Positions 17,897 to 28,262 of a DNA stretch of 64,000 nucleotides are shown piece after piece; the stretch's first letter is position 1; each line of letters opens with the position of its first letter. Both the position numbers and the translations under genes were made by a program. The DNA is taken from positions 105,137 through 169,136 of the forward strand of contig CACCNJ010000001.1 of the NCBI GenBank assembly GCA_902547295.1, in the 5' to 3' direction. Under the pieces are notes generated by a model. It was not told the DNA's origin, searched no databases, and was given only the letters and a program-made list of their open reading frames with translations. The stretch comes from an uncultured SAR86 cluster bacterium (GTDB taxonomy: Bacteria; Pseudomonadota; Gammaproteobacteria; Magnimaribacterales; D2472).

Positions 17897-19765
17897 TTGA
17901 AAATTTTTAAAGAAATACCAACTGAGTTACCAAATACGCCATTGTTGGATTCAGTTAATTATCCTTCAGATTTAAGATCATTCTCCATAAATGAACTTGA
18001 GACTCTTGCAAATGAGTTAAGAGAATTTTTGCTGTATTCTGTTGGCCAAAGTGGAGGTCATTTAGGGGGCGGACTTGGTGTTATTGAGCTTACAATAATA
18101 CTTCATCATCTCTATAACACACCTTATGACAATCTAGTGTGGGATGTTGGACATCAAGCTTATCCTCACAAAATTCTTACTGGAAGAAAAGAAAAAATTA
18201 TGTCAATTAGAAAGAAAGGTGGTTTAGCGCCCTTTCCTTCAAGATCAGAAAGTGAATATGATACATTTGGGGTTGGACATTCAAGCACATCTTTAAGTGC
18301 ACTTGTTGGGATGGCGGAGGCTACAAAAAATTCAAATCCAGATAAAAAACATGTTGCTGTAATCGGTGATGGAGCAATGACTGCAGGCATGGCTTTCGAA
18401 GCACTTAGTCACATAGGACATTTAAAACCAAACTTGTTAGTAATATTAAATGATAATGATATGTCTATATCTGAGAATGTTGGCGGTTTATCAAATTACT
18501 TTTCAAGAATATGGGCATCAAAAACTTACAAAGGTATTAAAAAAAGTGGTTCTAGTTTCTTGAAACCTTTACCTCAGGCTTATCATTTAGCTAGAAAAGT
18601 AGAAACGCAAATGAAAGCAATGGTTGCACCAGGAACTATTTTTGAGGAGCTAGGATTAAATTATATTGGTCCAATAGATGGTCATAATTTAAAAGAGCTT
18701 AAAGATGTCATTTCAAATTTAAAAGAATTTGAAGGTCCTCAATTTCTTCACGTAATAACAAAAAAAGGTGCGGGTCTAGATTCAGCAGAAGCTGACAGAA
18801 TTGGCTTTCATGCCATAGGAAAAATAAACGCAATAAAAGATAAAAAAATTAAGCAAAAAAAATATCAAGATATATTTGGCGAATGGATTATAGATATGGC
18901 CAATGTAAGTGATGATCTTATTGGTATTACACCAGCTATGAGAGAGGGATCAGGACTTGTTGAGTTCAGTAAAAAATTTCCAGATAGATACTTTGACGTT
19001 GCTATAGCCGAACAACATTCTGTTACATTTGCAGCTGGTTTATCAGTTGAAAAAAAGAAGCCTGTAGTCGCAATATACTCAACTTTTTTGCAAAGAGCAT
19101 ATGACCAATTAATTCATGATGTCGCAGTTCAAAATCTTGATGTTACATTTGCATTGGATAGATCTGGTCTTGTTGGCGAAGATGGTCCTACTCATTCAGG
19201 AAATTATGATATTGCTTACTTAAGATGTATTCCAAATATGGTGATTTGTACTCCTTCAGATGAAAATGAAACAAGAAAATTATTAACAACAGCATACTTA
19301 CATGATGGACCAGCCTCTGTAAGATATCCAAGAGGTACTGGGCCAAATAGAAATGTTGATAAAGATCTAAAACCTTTAAAGATTGGAGAAGCGAATATCA
19401 TCAATGAAGAAAGTTCAGAAATAGTAATTTTGAACTTTGGAACTCTTTTAAATGAAGCAAATCAAATCTCAAAAGAACTAAAGGCCACTCTAGTGGATAT
19501 GCGTTTTGTAAAACCTTTAGACCAAAAGCTTTTAAGAAAACTTCTAAAAAAGGCAAAGGTTTTCATTTCTATTGAGGATGGTTCAATTATGGGTGGTGCT
19601 GGAAGTGCTGTTCAAGAATTTGCATCAAAAGAGAATTTAAATGTTAGATCAATCCTTTTTGGTATTCCTGATAAATTTATTGAGCATGCCTCTAGAGAAG
19701 AAATGTTAGTTGAAGCTGGTTTAGACGTAGAAAATATTAAATCTAAATTAAGTAAACTGTTATAA
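17897..19765 (+). CDS. dxs: 1-deoxy-D-xylulose-5-phosphate synthase
   Basis: 622 aa, TTG start. Motifs: GGHLGGGLGVIELT, TPP-binding GDGAMTAGMAFEAL..NDN, DRSGLVGEDGPTHSG. Confidence 0.96.
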   Translation: MKIFKEIPTELPNTPLLDSVNYPSDLRSFSINELETLANELREFLLYSVGQSGGHLGGGLGVIELTIILHHLYNTPYDNLVWDVGHQAYPHKILTGRKEKIMSIRKKGGLAPFPSRSESEYDTFGVGHSSTSLSALVGMAEATKNSNPDKKHVAVIGDGAMTAGMAFEALSHIGHLKPNLLVILNDNDMSISENVGGLSNYFSRIWASKTYKGIKKSGSSFLKPLPQAYHLARKVETQMKAMVAPGTIFEELGLNYIGPIDGHNLKELKDVISNLKEFEGPQFLHVITKKGAGLDSAEADRIGFHAIGKINAIKDKKIKQKKYQDIFGEWIIDMANVSDDLIGITPAMREGSGLVEFSKKFPDRYFDVAIAEQHSVTFAAGLSVEKKKPVVAIYSTFLQRAYDQLIHDVAVQNLDVTFALDRSGLVGEDGPTHSGNYDIAYLRCIPNMVICTPSDENETRKLLTTAYLHDGPASVRYPRGTGPNRNVDKDLKPLKIGEANIINEESSEIVILNFGTLLNEANQISKELKATLVDMRFVKPLDQKLLRKLLKKAKVFISIEDGSIMGGAGSAVQEFASKENLNVRSILFGIPDKFIEHASREEMLVEAGLDVENIKSKLSKLL

Positions 19766-20237
19766 GTGAAGCAAATATTGCTGCAAAAATTGCAGCAATA
19801 AGATCGTCAAGAACAACTCCAAATCCGTTTTTAAAATTTTTATCTATGTACGAAATTGGAAAAGGTTTGGAAATATCAAATATTCTAAATATTATTAGTG
19901 CAAGCAATGCATATATTGATCTTTCATATTGTGATGAAGCAATAAAAATTACAGGAATCATTGCTAACCATATGCCAGCCAATTCATCAATTACAATAGA
20001 TTTGTGATCTTTTTCGATAAGGTCCTTAGTTACAGTGCTAGATATAAAAACTGAAAATATAATTATAAAGGTTGTCAAAATAACTAGAGCAATTGCACTA
20101 ATAAAATGAGACAAAACTATAAAAATGAACCAACCAAATATACTTCCAACAGTACCCGGCCCAATAGGAGAAAGTCCAAGACCACCTAAGGTTGCTAAAA
20201 AATGATATGGATCTTTTAGATTTGGGAATTTCTGCAT
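19743..20237 (-). CDS. pgpA: phosphatidylglycerophosphatase A
   Basis: 164 aa membrane protein with LGGLGLSPIGPGTVGS and FDISKPFPISYIDK. Its 3' end overlaps the dxs 3' end by 23 nt (convergent). Confidence 0.9.
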   Translation of the reverse strand: MQKFPNLKDPYHFLATLGGLGLSPIGPGTVGSIFGWFIFIVLSHFISAIALVILTTFIIIFSVFISSTVTKDLIEKDHKSIVIDELAGIWLAMIPVIFIASSQYERSIYALLALIIFRIFDISKPFPISYIDKNFKNGFGVVLDDLIAAIFAAIFASLITVYLI

Positions 20238-20238
20238 C

Positions 20239-21300
20239 TTAAATCATTGTAGCAATTTTTCTAGCAATGGTAGGTGATGTTGTCCATTTGCCACCAAATA
20301 TAGTTAAGAGTGAGCCATTTTCTTGAATAAAGAAATCTCTTGAGGAATTATGAAAATTCTCTTTTGATTTTATTAAGGGTCTTACTCCAGAATACGCACT
20401 AATTATTTCATTTTTAGAGATAGGTTTTCTTAAAATTTGATTAAAACTATCAATAAGATATTTCATTTCATCTTTACTTATCTCTGGAAACTCAGGATGA
20501 GAGACTTTTTCTTCTGTTGTTCCTAGCAAGGTATGGTCTTTATAAGGTAAGGCAAAAATATATCTAGACTTACATATATCTGAGAACATCAAACCAGATT
20601 CTAACCTTCTATTAATTATCAAATGACTACCTTTTATATAATCGATGTCTTTTTGACTCTTAATTTTATTTTGTTCGAGTAACATTTTTGACCATGGGCC
20701 TACTGCTAAAATTATTTTGTCAAAATGACGTTTATTAACAGCGCCTTGAGTATCAAAGTTTTTTACTTCATTAAATTCAAGTATTTCTATATTAAGTTCT
20801 TTCGCTAATGAAATTAATTCTTTTCCAAGAGATTCATCATCCATACTTCCATCAAAAAATGACAAATATGTTTTATAGTTATCTTTTAGAACAAAATGAT
20901 CACTCTTGATTTGCTTTGATATTGAGCTTTTACCTAAATTTTTTGAGCCTGCTAAAAATTCATATAACTTAATTCCAAAAAAAGATTTAATTAATGTTAT
21001 AGAGAATATATTTTTAAATGGAATAAGTATCTTCAATTTTCTTGTATGATTTGGGAAATTTTCTAGCCACCACGATCTATCATTTAGGCCATTTTTCACT
21101 TCATTAAAGTGAAAATTCTCAAGATATCTCAATCCTCCATGTAAAAGTTTTGTCGTTTTTGAGCTTGTCTCACTTAGTAAAGTATTTTTTTCAAAAATTG
21201 ATACCTTATGTCCCTCTTTTGCTAAAAAAATACCAACTATAAGGCCAGTAATTCCACCGCCAATTATTCCAATTTTTTTATTCAAAAGAATCCCATCCAT
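20239..21300 (-). CDS. FAD-dependent oxidoreductase, short GlpD-like (glycerol-3-phosphate dehydrogenase family without the C-terminal cap)
   Basis: 353 aa with IGIIGGGITGL, SSKTTKLLHGGLRYLE, IKGSHLII, YSGVRPL and FGGKWTT. These align with the GlpD motifs I recall (SSKLIHGGLRYLE, IKGSHIVV, YSGVRPL, FGGKLTT). Confidence 0.7.
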   Translation of the reverse strand: MDGILLNKKIGIIGGGITGLIVGIFLAKEGHKVSIFEKNTLLSETSSKTTKLLHGGLRYLENFHFNEVKNGLNDRSWWLENFPNHTRKLKILIPFKNIFSITLIKSFFGIKLYEFLAGSKNLGKSSISKQIKSDHFVLKDNYKTYLSFFDGSMDDESLGKELISLAKELNIEILEFNEVKNFDTQGAVNKRHFDKIILAVGPWSKMLLEQNKIKSQKDIDYIKGSHLIINRRLESGLMFSDICKSRYIFALPYKDHTLLGTTEEKVSHPEFPEISKDEMKYLIDSFNQILRKPISKNEIISAYSGVRPLIKSKENFHNSSRDFFIQENGSLLTIFGGKWTTSPTIARKIATMI

Positions 21301-22168
21301 GTTTTTTAAAATTAATTGATGAACTACCTTTATTTAAAATGATTTCGGTATCTGACTTTATTTCACCAATGCAAAAGTCTTGTGATATAAATTCGTTATC
21401 TCTAAATTCCGACGAACATGTGTAACACAATTTATAGTCGTCGCCATAAGACAGATCATCGATATCATTTGTTATGGGTATATTTTCAAAGATTATCTCA
21501 GCACCTACTTCCGAAGATTTGCATATTCTAGATAGGTCTTTCATTAATCCATCTGAAATATCAATACAACTATTGGCATATTTAGAAATATATTTACTTT
21601 TATCAAAATCCACTTTAGGTTTAAAAAACTTTTTGATGTATTTTGTTTGTTGATTATTTTTCCAATCTTCTAATCCCTTTCTTCCTTCTCCAAGTGGGCC
21701 AGTTATATATATTAAATCGCCAACTTTTGCAGTTGATCTTAAGACATTCTTCTCATATGCATAACCAAAAACATTTACACATACACTAATTTCACCATTT
21801 GTTATATCTCCTCCAATCAACTTTAGTTGATACTCATTCAGTATTTCCTCTACTCCGCGAGTAAATTTTTTATACCATTTCAAATCAGTAATATTTGATG
21901 TCAGGCCAATTGATATAAATGCTGGAAATGCTCCCATGGCAGCTAAATCACTCAAAGCAACTGCAATAGATCTGTATGCGATGTCCTGAGGCATGGAATC
22001 TTCAGGAAAATGAGAATTAATTTTTGAAATATCAACAGAATGGACAAGATCTTTCTCTTGAGATTTTATTACAGCAGCATCGTCTCCTGATCCAACTATT
22101 ACAATATCATCTTTATTAAGATCAACTAAATGTTGAAAGCAATTTAAAATTGCTGATTCTGATATCAA
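21278..22168 (-). CDS. thiL: thiamine-monophosphate kinase
   Basis: 296 aa with VGSGDDAAVI, ALSDLAAMGA and LIGGDIT (AIR-synthase-related fold). Confidence 0.88.
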   Translation of the reverse strand: MISESAILNCFQHLVDLNKDDIVIVGSGDDAAVIKSQEKDLVHSVDISKINSHFPEDSMPQDIAYRSIAVALSDLAAMGAFPAFISIGLTSNITDLKWYKKFTRGVEEILNEYQLKLIGGDITNGEISVCVNVFGYAYEKNVLRSTAKVGDLIYITGPLGEGRKGLEDWKNNQQTKYIKKFFKPKVDFDKSKYISKYANSCIDISDGLMKDLSRICKSSEVGAEIIFENIPITNDIDDLSYGDDYKLCYTCSSEFRDNEFISQDFCIGEIKSDTEIILNKGSSSINFKKHGWDSFE

Positions 22169-23352
22169 GAAGGATATCTTTCAAACAATCCGCTGGCTCC
22201 CATTCCACCGCCAACACACATTGTCACAACACCAAACTGTTTATCCAAATTTTGAAGCTGTCTTGCAAGGTGTCCAACTTGTCTAGAACCAGTCATTCCA
22301 AAAGGATGTCCAATTGAGATCGAACCACCATCTAAATTAAGCTTATCCATAGGTATGCCAAGCTTATCTCTACAATATACTACTTGAACTGCAAAGGCTT
22401 CATTAAGCTCCCAGACATCAATGTCATCTACAGAAAGATTGTAATTTTTTAATAATTTTGGAACAGAATAAATTGGCCCAATTCCCATCTCGTCTGGCTC
22501 ACAACCCATTGTAGTAAAACCTCTAAAATAAGCTAAAGGTTTTAAATTTAGTTCCTTAGCTTTGTCTTCTGACATAACCAAAGTTACTGATGCTCCGTCA
22601 GATAATTGTGAAGAGTTTCCTGCGGTAACAGAACCATTTTCAGGATCAAAAACTGGTTTTAAAGATGCCAAGCCTTCAAGAGTAGTTTCTGGTCTGTTAC
22701 ATTCGTCTTTATCAACTGTATAGTCAATTTCTTTTGATTCACCTGTTTCTTTATTAGTGAGAAGCATTTTAGTGTCCATTGGTATGATTTCATCATCATA
22801 ACCGCCAGATTGCTGAGCTGCAGCAGTCCTCATTTGACTCTCAAAAGCATATTCATCTTGCGCTTCTCTTGAAACCTCGTATCGTTTTGCAACAACTTCT
22901 GCTGTCATTCCCATTGGAAAATAAATTCCTGGAACTTCCTCAGCCAATCTCTCATTAACAAAGTTATCCATATTCATATTCATCATAGAGATAGTTTCTG
23001 CCCCGCCAGCAATAACTGTGTCATATGAACCAGCCATTATTTGGCCTGCTGCCATAGATATTGACTGAAGCCCTGAGGAGCAGTATCTATTTATAGTTGT
23101 TCCACCAGTTGTTATTGGTAATTTAGATAATACTGCTGCATTTCTTCCAACATTATGACCTTGAGCACCTTCAGGATTTCCACAACCCATGATAATGTCT
23201 TCAACCTCTTCAGGAGGTAAATTAGGATTTCTATCCAACATCGCATCTATAATATGTGCAAGCATTTCATCAGGCCTGGTCATATTAAAACCGCCTCTAT
23301 GTGATTTTGCTAATCCAGTTCTAACACTATCTACAATTACTACATTTTTCAT
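22165..23352 (-). CDS. acetyl-CoA C-acyltransferase (thiolase)
   Basis: 395 aa with active-site Cys in NRYCSSGLQSI, then NEAFA, GHPFGMTGSR and MCVGGGMGASGLFE. Confidence 0.92.
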   Translation of the reverse strand: MKNVVIVDSVRTGLAKSHRGGFNMTRPDEMLAHIIDAMLDRNPNLPPEEVEDIIMGCGNPEGAQGHNVGRNAAVLSKLPITTGGTTINRYCSSGLQSISMAAGQIMAGSYDTVIAGGAETISMMNMNMDNFVNERLAEEVPGIYFPMGMTAEVVAKRYEVSREAQDEYAFESQMRTAAAQQSGGYDDEIIPMDTKMLLTNKETGESKEIDYTVDKDECNRPETTLEGLASLKPVFDPENGSVTAGNSSQLSDGASVTLVMSEDKAKELNLKPLAYFRGFTTMGCEPDEMGIGPIYSVPKLLKNYNLSVDDIDVWELNEAFAVQVVYCRDKLGIPMDKLNLDGGSISIGHPFGMTGSRQVGHLARQLQNLDKQFGVVTMCVGGGMGASGLFERYPS

Positions 23353-23374
23353 AATTTCTCCAATTAAAGCCTAA

Positions 23375-23686
23375 CTATTCTAGTCTATCTTCATCTTTAC
23401 TTAAAGCCTTATACCATTCAGGTATAAGGTCTATATCATGCTCTTTAGCTTTTTTAAGTACATACGGAATTGAAATTGGACTGAATGGAAGGATAACCAA
23501 AATACCAAGACCTAAGCTTTTAAAAATTTGCTTTAACTGTTTATTTGCAATTTCAATATCTTCATCTGAAACATTACCTTCAATATAATTTATATAAATA
23601 TCTAGCATTTTTTTGTTTTCTTCAGTTTCTTCCAAAAAAGAATCTTTGAGTTTTAATAAATTTTGCTTTATTTGATTTGTATCCAT
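23375..23686 (-). CDS. hypothetical small protein (acidic coiled-coil N-terminus plus one hydrophobic segment)
   Basis: 103-aa ORF in its own slot, not antisense to any other gene. The segment LGLGILVILPFSPISIPYVLKKAK faintly resembles the LETM1-type hairpin (tentative). Confidence 0.5.
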   Translation of the reverse strand: MDTNQIKQNLLKLKDSFLEETEENKKMLDIYINYIEGNVSDEDIEIANKQLKQIFKSLGLGILVILPFSPISIPYVLKKAKEHDIDLIPEWYKALSKDEDRLE

Positions 23687-23718
23687 ATTGTTAAAATTAT
23701 TATGCTACATTTATTGTC

Positions 23719-24372
23719 ATGATTAAATCTGAAAGAGCTCTCATAATAAAAAAAATCTTGGATGAAACATATCCAAGAACACCAGTGCCTTTAAACCATA
23801 AAGATATATACACTTTGCTAATTGCTGTTTTATTATCTGCTCAGTGTACTGACGAAAGAGTTAATCAAATAACTCCTACTTTATTTAAACTTGCACCTAA
23901 TCCTAAAAAAATGTCTCAAATATCTGTTGAGAAAATTTATGAAATTATAAAACCTTGCGGACTGGGTCCTCAAAAATCGAAAGCTATCTTGCAGCTATCA
24001 AAAATGTTATTGAAAAAATATAAAGGAAAAGTTCCAAATAATTTTTCTGATCTAGAAAAATTACCTGGAGTTGGACACAAAACTGCTTCTGTAGTCATGA
24101 GCCAAGGTTTTGGAATACCTGCATTTGCAGTTGATACTCATATTCATAGGTTGGCACAAAGATGGGGTCTTACAAACGGTAAAAGCGTTAAAAAAACTGA
24201 AGAAGATTTAAAAAAAATATTTCCGAAAGAATCTTGGAATAAACTCCATTTACAAATTATTTTTTGGGGAAGAGAATATTGTACGGCGAGAGCTTGTCAT
24301 GGAATTGAATGTAAAATTTGTAAATCATGTTATCCAAAAAGAAAAAGACCTTTTGTGCACAAAAGACCATAG
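23719..24372 (+). CDS. nth: endonuclease III
   Basis: 217 aa with LLSAQCTDERVN, HhH LPGVGHKTASVVM and a C-terminal 4-Cys cluster (C..C..C..C). Confidence 0.93.
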   Translation: MIKSERALIIKKILDETYPRTPVPLNHKDIYTLLIAVLLSAQCTDERVNQITPTLFKLAPNPKKMSQISVEKIYEIIKPCGLGPQKSKAILQLSKMLLKKYKGKVPNNFSDLEKLPGVGHKTASVVMSQGFGIPAFAVDTHIHRLAQRWGLTNGKSVKKTEEDLKKIFPKESWNKLHLQIIFWGREYCTARACHGIECKICKSCYPKRKRPFVHKRP

Positions 24373-24422
24373 ATAATATAAAATTACTATAAATCCTGTT
24401 TTTAAAATTAAATTAAATAATT

Positions 24423-25703
24423 ATGAAATCATCAAGAAGCGATAATATTTTTTCGAATAACAACACAATAAAAGATTATGACAGTGAATTATGGGCATCC
24501 TTTCAACATGAAGCTGAAAGACAAGAAGATCATATTGAATTAATAGCCTCAGAAAATTATGCATCAAAGAGAATCCTTGAAGCTCAAGGTTCTCTTTTGA
24601 CTAATAAATATGCTGAGGGATATCCCTCAAAACGTTACTATGGTGGTTGTGAAAATGTTGATATTGCAGAGAATCTTGCAATAGATAGAGCAAAAGAACT
24701 TTTTAAAGCAGATTATGCAAATGTTCAACCTCATTCAGGATCATCAGCTAATGCAGCAGCCTACTTAGCTCTTTTGCAACCAAACGATACTATTCTTGGT
24801 ATGAGCTTAGATCATGGTGGTCATTTAACACACGGTTCAAAGGTAAATTTTTCTGGTAGAAATTATAAAAGTATTCAATATGGGCTTCATCCCGAAACTC
24901 ATGATATAGATTATGATCAGGTAAGATCACTAGCAATAGAACATCAACCTAAATTAATAATTGCAGGCTTTTCCGCTTTTACAGGAATAATTGATTGGAA
25001 AAAATTCAGAGAAATTGCCGATGAGACCGGAGCCTATTTTCTTGTTGATATGGCTCACGTATCTGGCCTAGTTGCTGCTGATCTATATCCATCTCCAGTA
25101 CCATATGCAGATGTTGTTACGTCAACTACACATAAAACATTACGAGGACCTAGATCAGGAATTATTCTTGCAAAGGCAAATGAAGAAATTGAAAAAAAAC
25201 TTAACTCTGCTGTATTTCCAGGTTCTCAAGGTGGTCCTCTTATGCACGTTGTTGCTGCAAAAGCATTATGCTTTAAAGAAGCTTTAGATCCAGAATTTAA
25301 AATATATATAAAACAGGTCATGGATAATGCAAAAACAATGGCTGAAACAATAATGTCAAATGGAATAGACATTGTGTCTAATGGAACCGAGAATCACATA
25401 ATATTAGTTGATCTTAGAAGTAAAGGAATTACAGGAAAAGATCTTGAAAAAGTTCTTGGTTCAGTCAATATAACAGTGAATAAAAATTCAGTACCAAATG
25501 ATCCGGCATCACCATTTGTGACTTCAGGAATAAGAATTGGTACTCCAGCAGCTACAACTAGAGGGTTTAAAGAAAAAGAAATTATTCAAGTGGCCAATTG
25601 GATATCAGATATTATTAATAATTTTGATAATGAAGAATTACAAAAGACCATCAAGGAAGAAGTCCACAAACTTACAACTAATTTTCCAGTATATAATCTA
25701 TAG
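24423..25703 (+). CDS. glyA: serine hydroxymethyltransferase
   Basis: 426 aa with IELIASENY and the PLP-lysine motif [15 protein letters not shown]. Confidence 0.97.
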   Translation: MKSSRSDNIFSNNNTIKDYDSELWASFQHEAERQEDHIELIASENYASKRILEAQGSLLTNKYAEGYPSKRYYGGCENVDIAENLAIDRAKELFKADYANVQPHSGSSANAAAYLALLQPNDTILGMSLDHGGHLTHGSKVNFSGRNYKSIQYGLHPETHDIDYDQVRSLAIEHQPKLIIAGFSAFTGIIDWKKFREIADETGAYFLVDMAHVSGLVAADLYPSPVPYADVVTSTTHKTLRGPRSGIILAKANEEIEKKLNSAVFPGSQGGPLMHVVAAKALCFKEALDPEFKIYIKQVMDNAKTMAETIMSNGIDIVSNGTENHIILVDLRSKGITGKDLEKVLGSVNITVNKNSVPNDPASPFVTSGIRIGTPAATTRGFKEKEIIQVANWISDIINNFDNEELQKTIKEEVHKLTTNFPVYNL

Positions 25704-26183
25704 ATGTACTGTCCTTTTTGCCAAGCAGAAGATACTAAAGTAATTGATTCAAGATTAGTAGCAGATGGTTCTCAAATTAGAAGAAGAAGAGAATGTGAAG
25801 TATGTCACTCAAGATTTACTACATTTGAAACCCCAGATCTAGCCTTACCAAGGGTTATTAAGAGTAATGGGGAAAGACAGCCTTTTAATGGATCAAAATT
25901 AAAGAAAGGAATGTTAAGGGCTCTTGAAAAAAGGCCACTATCAATTGAAGAAATCGATATTGTATTTGGGAAAATATTAAAAGAAATAAGAATAAGAGGT
26001 GTGCGTGAAATTAAGTCTATTGAGATTGGAGAAATAATGATGAATGCTCTGAAAGAAGTTGATACAGTTGCTTACGTTAGATTTGCTTCTGTGTACAGAG
26101 ACTTTCAAGATATTCAAGATTTTTCAGAAGAAATAAGTTCATTAGCAAAAGAAAAACCAAAGAAAAAGAAATCAAAAAAATGA
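25704..26183 (+). CDS. nrdR: transcriptional repressor NrdR
   Basis: 159 aa with a zinc ribbon (MYCPFCQAEDTKVIDSR...CEVCHSRFTTFE) and an ATP-cone. Confidence 0.95.
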   Translation: MYCPFCQAEDTKVIDSRLVADGSQIRRRRECEVCHSRFTTFETPDLALPRVIKSNGERQPFNGSKLKKGMLRALEKRPLSIEEIDIVFGKILKEIRIRGVREIKSIEIGEIMMNALKEVDTVAYVRFASVYRDFQDIQDFSEEISSLAKEKPKKKKSKK

Positions 26184-27190
26184 ATTTCGAAGAACTTATG
26201 CTTCGTGCTATTACCAATGCGGAGACTTTTAAATATACTGCAAAACCAAATCCTGTTGTTGGGGCAATTTTATGTAATGATAAAGAAATTATCGCAGAAG
26301 GTTATCATGAGATTTATGGTAGCAATCATGCTGAAATAAATGCAATTTCTAATGCTATAAAGCATCAAGGGAAAAAATTTAATAACTTTTCTGAGTTGGT
26401 ATTAGTATGCACTCTTGAGCCATGTAGCCATGTTGGTAAAACTGGATCATGTGCTATACAGATTGTTGAAACAGGAATTAAAAAAGTTGTGATTGGTTCT
26501 ATTGATCCGAATCCAAAGGTTGCCGGTAAAGGTATCGAAATTCTTAAAAAAAACGGTATTGATGTCACTGTTGGCATTCATGAAGATATTGTCAAGAATC
26601 AGAATAAATACTTTTTCTTTAAGCATACTAACAATAAACCTTATATTATTTTGAAAATTGCATCTTCTTTAGATGGAAAATCGCATATCGAAAGTGAAGA
26701 AAGAACAATCATTACTTCAAAGGCTTCAAGGGATGATGTGCAAATATTAAGAGCTTCATGTGATGCAATTCTCACAGGGGGAAATACTTTGAAAAATGAT
26801 AATCCAAGAATGAATGCACGAGTAAATTTTCCAACCAATCAACCTAAGAAAATATTATTAACAAGTAAAGATTGTGATAAGGAGCTAAATTTTTTTAAAG
26901 ATAATGACGTCCTAATATATAAAAATAATGATCTTGCACAGATAATAAAATCATTTAAAGATCAAGATATTTGCTCGATATTAATTGAAGCTGGTCCTAA
27001 GTTAGCTAATTCTTTCTTAGAGTTAGGGCTTGTAGATGAAATTATTTCATATACTTCAAATAATGAACTTGGTGATAAAGCTGTAAGCTGGTTTAAAGAA
27101 AATAATGCTATTGAAAATTATGGTTTTAAATTAGAATCCACCTATAAAATTGAAAGCGATATAAAAGAAGTATTTAAAAAAAATGGATAA
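26180..27190 (+). CDS. ribD: bifunctional diaminohydroxyphosphoribosylaminopyrimidine deaminase / 5-amino-6-(5-phosphoribosylamino)uracil reductase
   Basis: 336 aa with deaminase zinc motifs HAEINAI and [15 protein letters not shown], plus a C-terminal reductase domain. Confidence 0.92.
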   Translation: MNFEELMLRAITNAETFKYTAKPNPVVGAILCNDKEIIAEGYHEIYGSNHAEINAISNAIKHQGKKFNNFSELVLVCTLEPCSHVGKTGSCAIQIVETGIKKVVIGSIDPNPKVAGKGIEILKKNGIDVTVGIHEDIVKNQNKYFFFKHTNNKPYIILKIASSLDGKSHIESEERTIITSKASRDDVQILRASCDAILTGGNTLKNDNPRMNARVNFPTNQPKKILLTSKDCDKELNFFKDNDVLIYKNNDLAQIIKSFKDQDICSILIEAGPKLANSFLELGLVDEIISYTSNNELGDKAVSWFKENNAIENYGFKLESTYKIESDIKEVFKKNG

Positions 27191-28262
27191 AAGTAACATT
27201 CTTGAAATAATTGATGATATTAAATCAGGAAAAATGGTAATTATTGTTGACGACGAGTCAAGAGAAAACGAAGGAGATCTTGTCTGTGCCGCTGATTTAG
27301 TAACACCAGAGATAATTAATTTTATGGCTTCTAAGGGCAAAGGATTGATATGTCTTCCAATGAGTAAGAAACTTTGTGATAAATATAATTTGCAAATGAT
27401 GACCAATAATAATAGAGCAGCCAACAAAACAGCATTTACAGTATCAATTGAGGCTGCTGAGGGAATCACAACAGGCATTTCAGCTGCAGATAGAGCACAT
27501 ACAATAAAAACAGCAGTTAATAAAAATTCAAGTTCATCGGACATTGTTCAACCTGGTCATATTTTCCCATTAAAAGCAATGAAGGGAGGTGTTTTAAGCA
27601 GAGCTGGGCATACTGAAGCAGCATGTGATTTAGCAAAGCTAGCAGGCCTTCAGTCTGCTGGAGTTATTTGTGAAATTATGAATGACGATGGAACAATGGC
27701 TAGACGAGATGATCTAATAAAATTTGGCAAAGAAAATAAAATTAAAGTTGGAACAATTGCAGATTTAATTGATTACAGACTTTCAATGGAAGCGACAATA
27801 GAGTCTATTTTAGATAAAGATGTTGAAAATGAGTTTGGTAAATTTAAGCTTAATGTTTGGAGAGACAAAATCTATGATGAATACCACTTCTCTCTTTCAA
27901 TAGGCAATCTTAATGATAAGGAATCGCCGCTAGTAAGGGTGCAAACTCAAAGCATACTGCAAGATTTATTAGGAATTGATGATCTTGGTAAAAATTGGTC
28001 AATAAGAAGATCATTGAAGAGAATTGCTGAAGAAGGGACTGGATTACTCGTTCTGATAAATCATAGAGATGCAAAAAGTTATTGGCTTAATAAACTAGAA
28101 GAGAAGGAAATAGAACCAAAGAGTAATAGAAGAGTTATTGGTGTTGGATCTCAAATTCTAAGAGCATTAAATCTAAAGCAAATAACCGTTTTAGGTACAC
28201 CAACAAAATATAATGCTGTATCTGGTTTTGACATTGAAATCACAGGATTTATAAATGAATAA
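27183..28262 (+). CDS. ribB: 3,4-dihydroxy-2-butanone-4-phosphate synthase with a degenerate (Cys-less) GTP-cyclohydrolase-II-like C-terminal domain
   Basis: 359 aa with N-terminal [15 protein letters not shown] and [14 protein letters not shown]. The C-terminal half reads [14 protein letters not shown] where active RibA has VRVHSECLTGD..CDCG, so the zinc ligands are missing. Confidence 0.88.
   Translation: MDKSNILEIIDDIKSGKMVIIVDDESRENEGDLVCAADLVTPEIINFMASKGKGLICLPMSKKLCDKYNLQMMTNNNRAANKTAFTVSIEAAEGITTGISAADRAHTIKTAVNKNSSSSDIVQPGHIFPLKAMKGGVLSRAGHTEAACDLAKLAGLQSAGVICEIMNDDGTMARRDDLIKFGKENKIKVGTIADLIDYRLSMEATIESILDKDVENEFGKFKLNVWRDKIYDEYHFSLSIGNLNDKESPLVRVQTQSILQDLLGIDDLGKNWSIRRSLKRIAEEGTGLLVLINHRDAKSYWLNKLEEKEIEPKSNRRVIGVGSQILRALNLKQITVLGTPTKYNAVSGFDIEITGFINE

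Noticed and set aside
25072-25743. Same-strand alternative-frame ORFs inside glyA (25072-25287, 25537-25743)
   Set aside because: They are Lys/Leu/Gln-rich out-of-frame readings of a strongly conserved glyA sequence, with no independent support.
24373-27190. Riboswitches: FMN before ribD/ribB, glycine or THF type before glyA, TPP before thiL, cobalamin before cobS (55144-55253)
   Set aside because: The relevant upstream spaces are 0-50 nt, or the genes overlap. The cobS leader is 110 nt and AT-rich with no conserved-looking GC helices. That is too short or unstructured for these aptamers.
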